From NCBI GenBank assembly GCA_031441465.1, contig JANOEP010000072.1, positions 15,018 to 79,017 of the forward strand: a stretch of 64,000 bases of DNA. Direction: 5' to 3'. The notes beneath the pieces are model-generated. The model did no database searches. It saw nothing but the letters and a program-made list of their open reading frames with translations, and was not told the DNA's origin. Numbering within the stretch: position 1 is the stretch's first letter; every line of letters begins with the position of its first letter. Shown in pieces: positions 62,367 through 64,000 of this stretch. The stretch comes from a bacterium. GTDB lineage: Bacteria; Krumholzibacteriota; Krumholzibacteriia; LZORAL124-64-63. The position numbers were made by a program, and so were the translations under genes.

Positions 62367-63692
62367 ATGCTGAACCGCTCGCTCTACCTCATGTCGTCCA
62401 AGCTGCTGGGTTACGGCGTGCGGTTGATCCTGCCGTATTTCCTGGTGCGCCTGCTGACCGTGGCGGATTTCGGCGCCTACCGGCAGTTCTTCCTGCTCGA
62501 GGTCTACATCGCGTCGCTCTTCCAGCTCGGGCTCAACCAGGCGCTGTACTATTTCATCCCGCGGGACCTTCGTAACGCCGGAGCGTATTTTCTCAATAGC
62601 GTGCTGATGAACGTGGTCGTCTTCTCGGTGGCATTCGCGGTGATCGCTTCGTTCGTGACACCGTTGAGCGGCTGGTTGAACATGGCGATCCTGAAGGAAG
62701 CTTTCTGGTTGCTGGCCGTCTATACCGTGTTGCTGATGCTGGTTTCGGCCTGCGACTGCTACTTGACTGCCCGACAGATGGTCAAGGCTTCGGCGGCGTT
62801 TGAAATCTTCGGGCAGGTAGTCGTCAGTGCGGCCACAGTGGCTGCAGCCTATGCCACGCGCAGGCTGGACTCGGTGCTCCTTGGTTTGGTCGCTGCCAGG
62901 GCCCTCCACCTGATCGTCATGCTTGCGTACATTCACCTCAAGTTGCACGGGTTCAAGGCGGATCGATATTTTTTCGGTATTACTGAGCAGATTCGCTACG
63001 GAGTGGTGCTGGGTGTGGCCGGCATGCTGTGGACGCTGATGATGCGGATGCATGAGTTCTTCGTCAGCCGTTACTATGGGACCGAGACCTACGCTCTTTA
63101 CTCGGTCGGCTGTACGGAAATTCCCATCATCCAGATCTTCACGCAGTCGCTGGCCGTGGTGGTTCTCGGCCAGTTCGCGATGCTCGATCAACAACGGGAT
63201 TGGGATGGTATCCGTGCGCTATGGAAACGCGTGCTGACGAGTACCTACGCCGTGACGATCCCCGCCACGCTTATATTCGTCCTGTTGGCGAAGCCACTGA
63301 TTGTCTTCATGTTCACCGATAGTTATGCAGCCGCGGTCCCGATCTTCCAGATCAACACGCTGCTCAAGCTACACTTCATCTTCAATGCGTCCCTGGTGCT
63401 GCGGGCCATGAACCGAAACGACGTTTCTATTTGGGTCAACATCGCCACGCTGGTAATCACGCCTGTACTGCTTTATGCGGGCATGAAATTGGGCGGTCTG
63501 GTCGGGATCATCTCCGCGCAGGCGGTGCTGATGATCGGCAGCCGGATCGCGACCACGATCATGATGAATCGACTCACGAGCGTCTACCTGCCCTATACCG
63601 TGAGGGTTCGGGATCTGATTGAGTTTTACAGGGATACTTGGGCCAAAGGTCGTAACACGATCGCGACACGCATGCGTCGCGACCCTGCTTGA
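62367..63692 (+). CDS. Oligosaccharide flippase family protein (Wzx-like)
   Basis: PYFLVRLL.VADFGAY, LGLNQALYYF, many TM helices; AT-richer. Confidence 0.85.
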   Translation: MLNRSLYLMSSKLLGYGVRLILPYFLVRLLTVADFGAYRQFFLLEVYIASLFQLGLNQALYYFIPRDLRNAGAYFLNSVLMNVVVFSVAFAVIASFVTPLSGWLNMAILKEAFWLLAVYTVLLMLVSACDCYLTARQMVKASAAFEIFGQVVVSAATVAAAYATRRLDSVLLGLVAARALHLIVMLAYIHLKLHGFKADRYFFGITEQIRYGVVLGVAGMLWTLMMRMHEFFVSRYYGTETYALYSVGCTEIPIIQIFTQSLAVVVLGQFAMLDQQRDWDGIRALWKRVLTSTYAVTIPATLIFVLLAKPLIVFMFTDSYAAAVPIFQINTLLKLHFIFNASLVLRAMNRNDVSIWVNIATLVITPVLLYAGMKLGGLVGIISAQAVLMIGSRIATTIMMNRLTSVYLPYTVRVRDLIEFYRDTWAKGRNTIATRMRRDPA

Positions 63693-63715
63693 GCCGACGG
63701 AGGAGAGCTGCGGTG

Positions 63716-64000
63716 ATGTCGAACGTCGGTCCTGGACAACCATGCCACGTGGCTCATGTCATCGGAGCTTTGCGGACGGGTGGCGCCGAACGGCAACTGG
63801 TAAACTACCTTCTAGCTGCCGACCGGACCGAGTTCCGCCATACGGTGGTGTGCCTCGAAGCGAGGGGCGAACTCGCGGCAACAGTTGAAGCAATTGGCAT
63901 CCCGGTTATTCGTATGCCGATCCGTATGCGGAGCTCCCTTGGCAGTCTCTTGCGCTTCGCGCGCTGGCTGAAAGCCGAAAATGTGATCGTTCTCCACGCG
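63716..64000 (+). CDS. GT4-family glycosyltransferase (3' truncated by window edge)
   Basis: Own translation: MSNVGPGQPCHVAHVIGALRTGGAERQLVNYL...VVCL...GELA...IGIPV...LHA; RBS GGAGGA upstream. Confidence 0.85.
   Translation, partial: MSNVGPGQPCHVAHVIGALRTGGAERQLVNYLLAADRTEFRHTVVCLEARGELAATVEAIGIPVIRMPIRMRSSLGSLLRFARWLKAENVIVLHA

Noticed and set aside
1-64000. tRNA, rRNA, IS transposase, integrase or prophage genes
   Set aside because: None recognised by eye; tRNAscan-SE, Infernal and ISEScan would be needed to exclude short or divergent elements.

Overview
GC-rich bacterial chromosome segment with no rRNA, tRNA or CRISPR array detected. A PorV-like barrel, FlgD/T9SS-type C-terminal domains, a carboxypeptidase-domain TonB-dependent receptor and short 'WGxIKxxYR' tails suggest an FCB-affiliated lineage outside Bacteroidota, for example Krumholzibacteriota/Latescibacterota-like. 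This placement is inference only. In order, the window contains: an HlyD/ABC export operon; an AT-richer accessory tract with a textbook integron attC site, a PD-(D/E)XK gene and VOC genes but no integrase; a Ser/Thr kinase with a beta-propeller; a degenerate AAA/DUF4143 gene with a thrice-repeated operator-like palindrome; DedA; two amino-acid permeases around a sigma28-driven motAB pair; an AmpG-like MFS and an SGNH protein; a translationally coupled CTD-protein/lipoprotein/TBDR/PorV/NHL cluster running into nucleoside salvage genes; tpiA; several peptidases; an ECF sigma/VWA pair; gdh; a CDGSH protein; YceI; an M14 peptidase; an orphan higA; mdh; an MBOAT/SGNH pair; a topoisomerase VI operon split by an M32 carboxypeptidase; and the start of a polysaccharide locus. 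The best candidates for undescribed biology are (1) a shared short C-terminal tail on three unrelated secreted proteins, a possible sorting signal, (2) the TBDR-PorV-CTD module, (3) the integrase-less cassette array, and (4) the split bacterial topoisomerase VI operon. All calls come from manual motif reading; no database searches were run.
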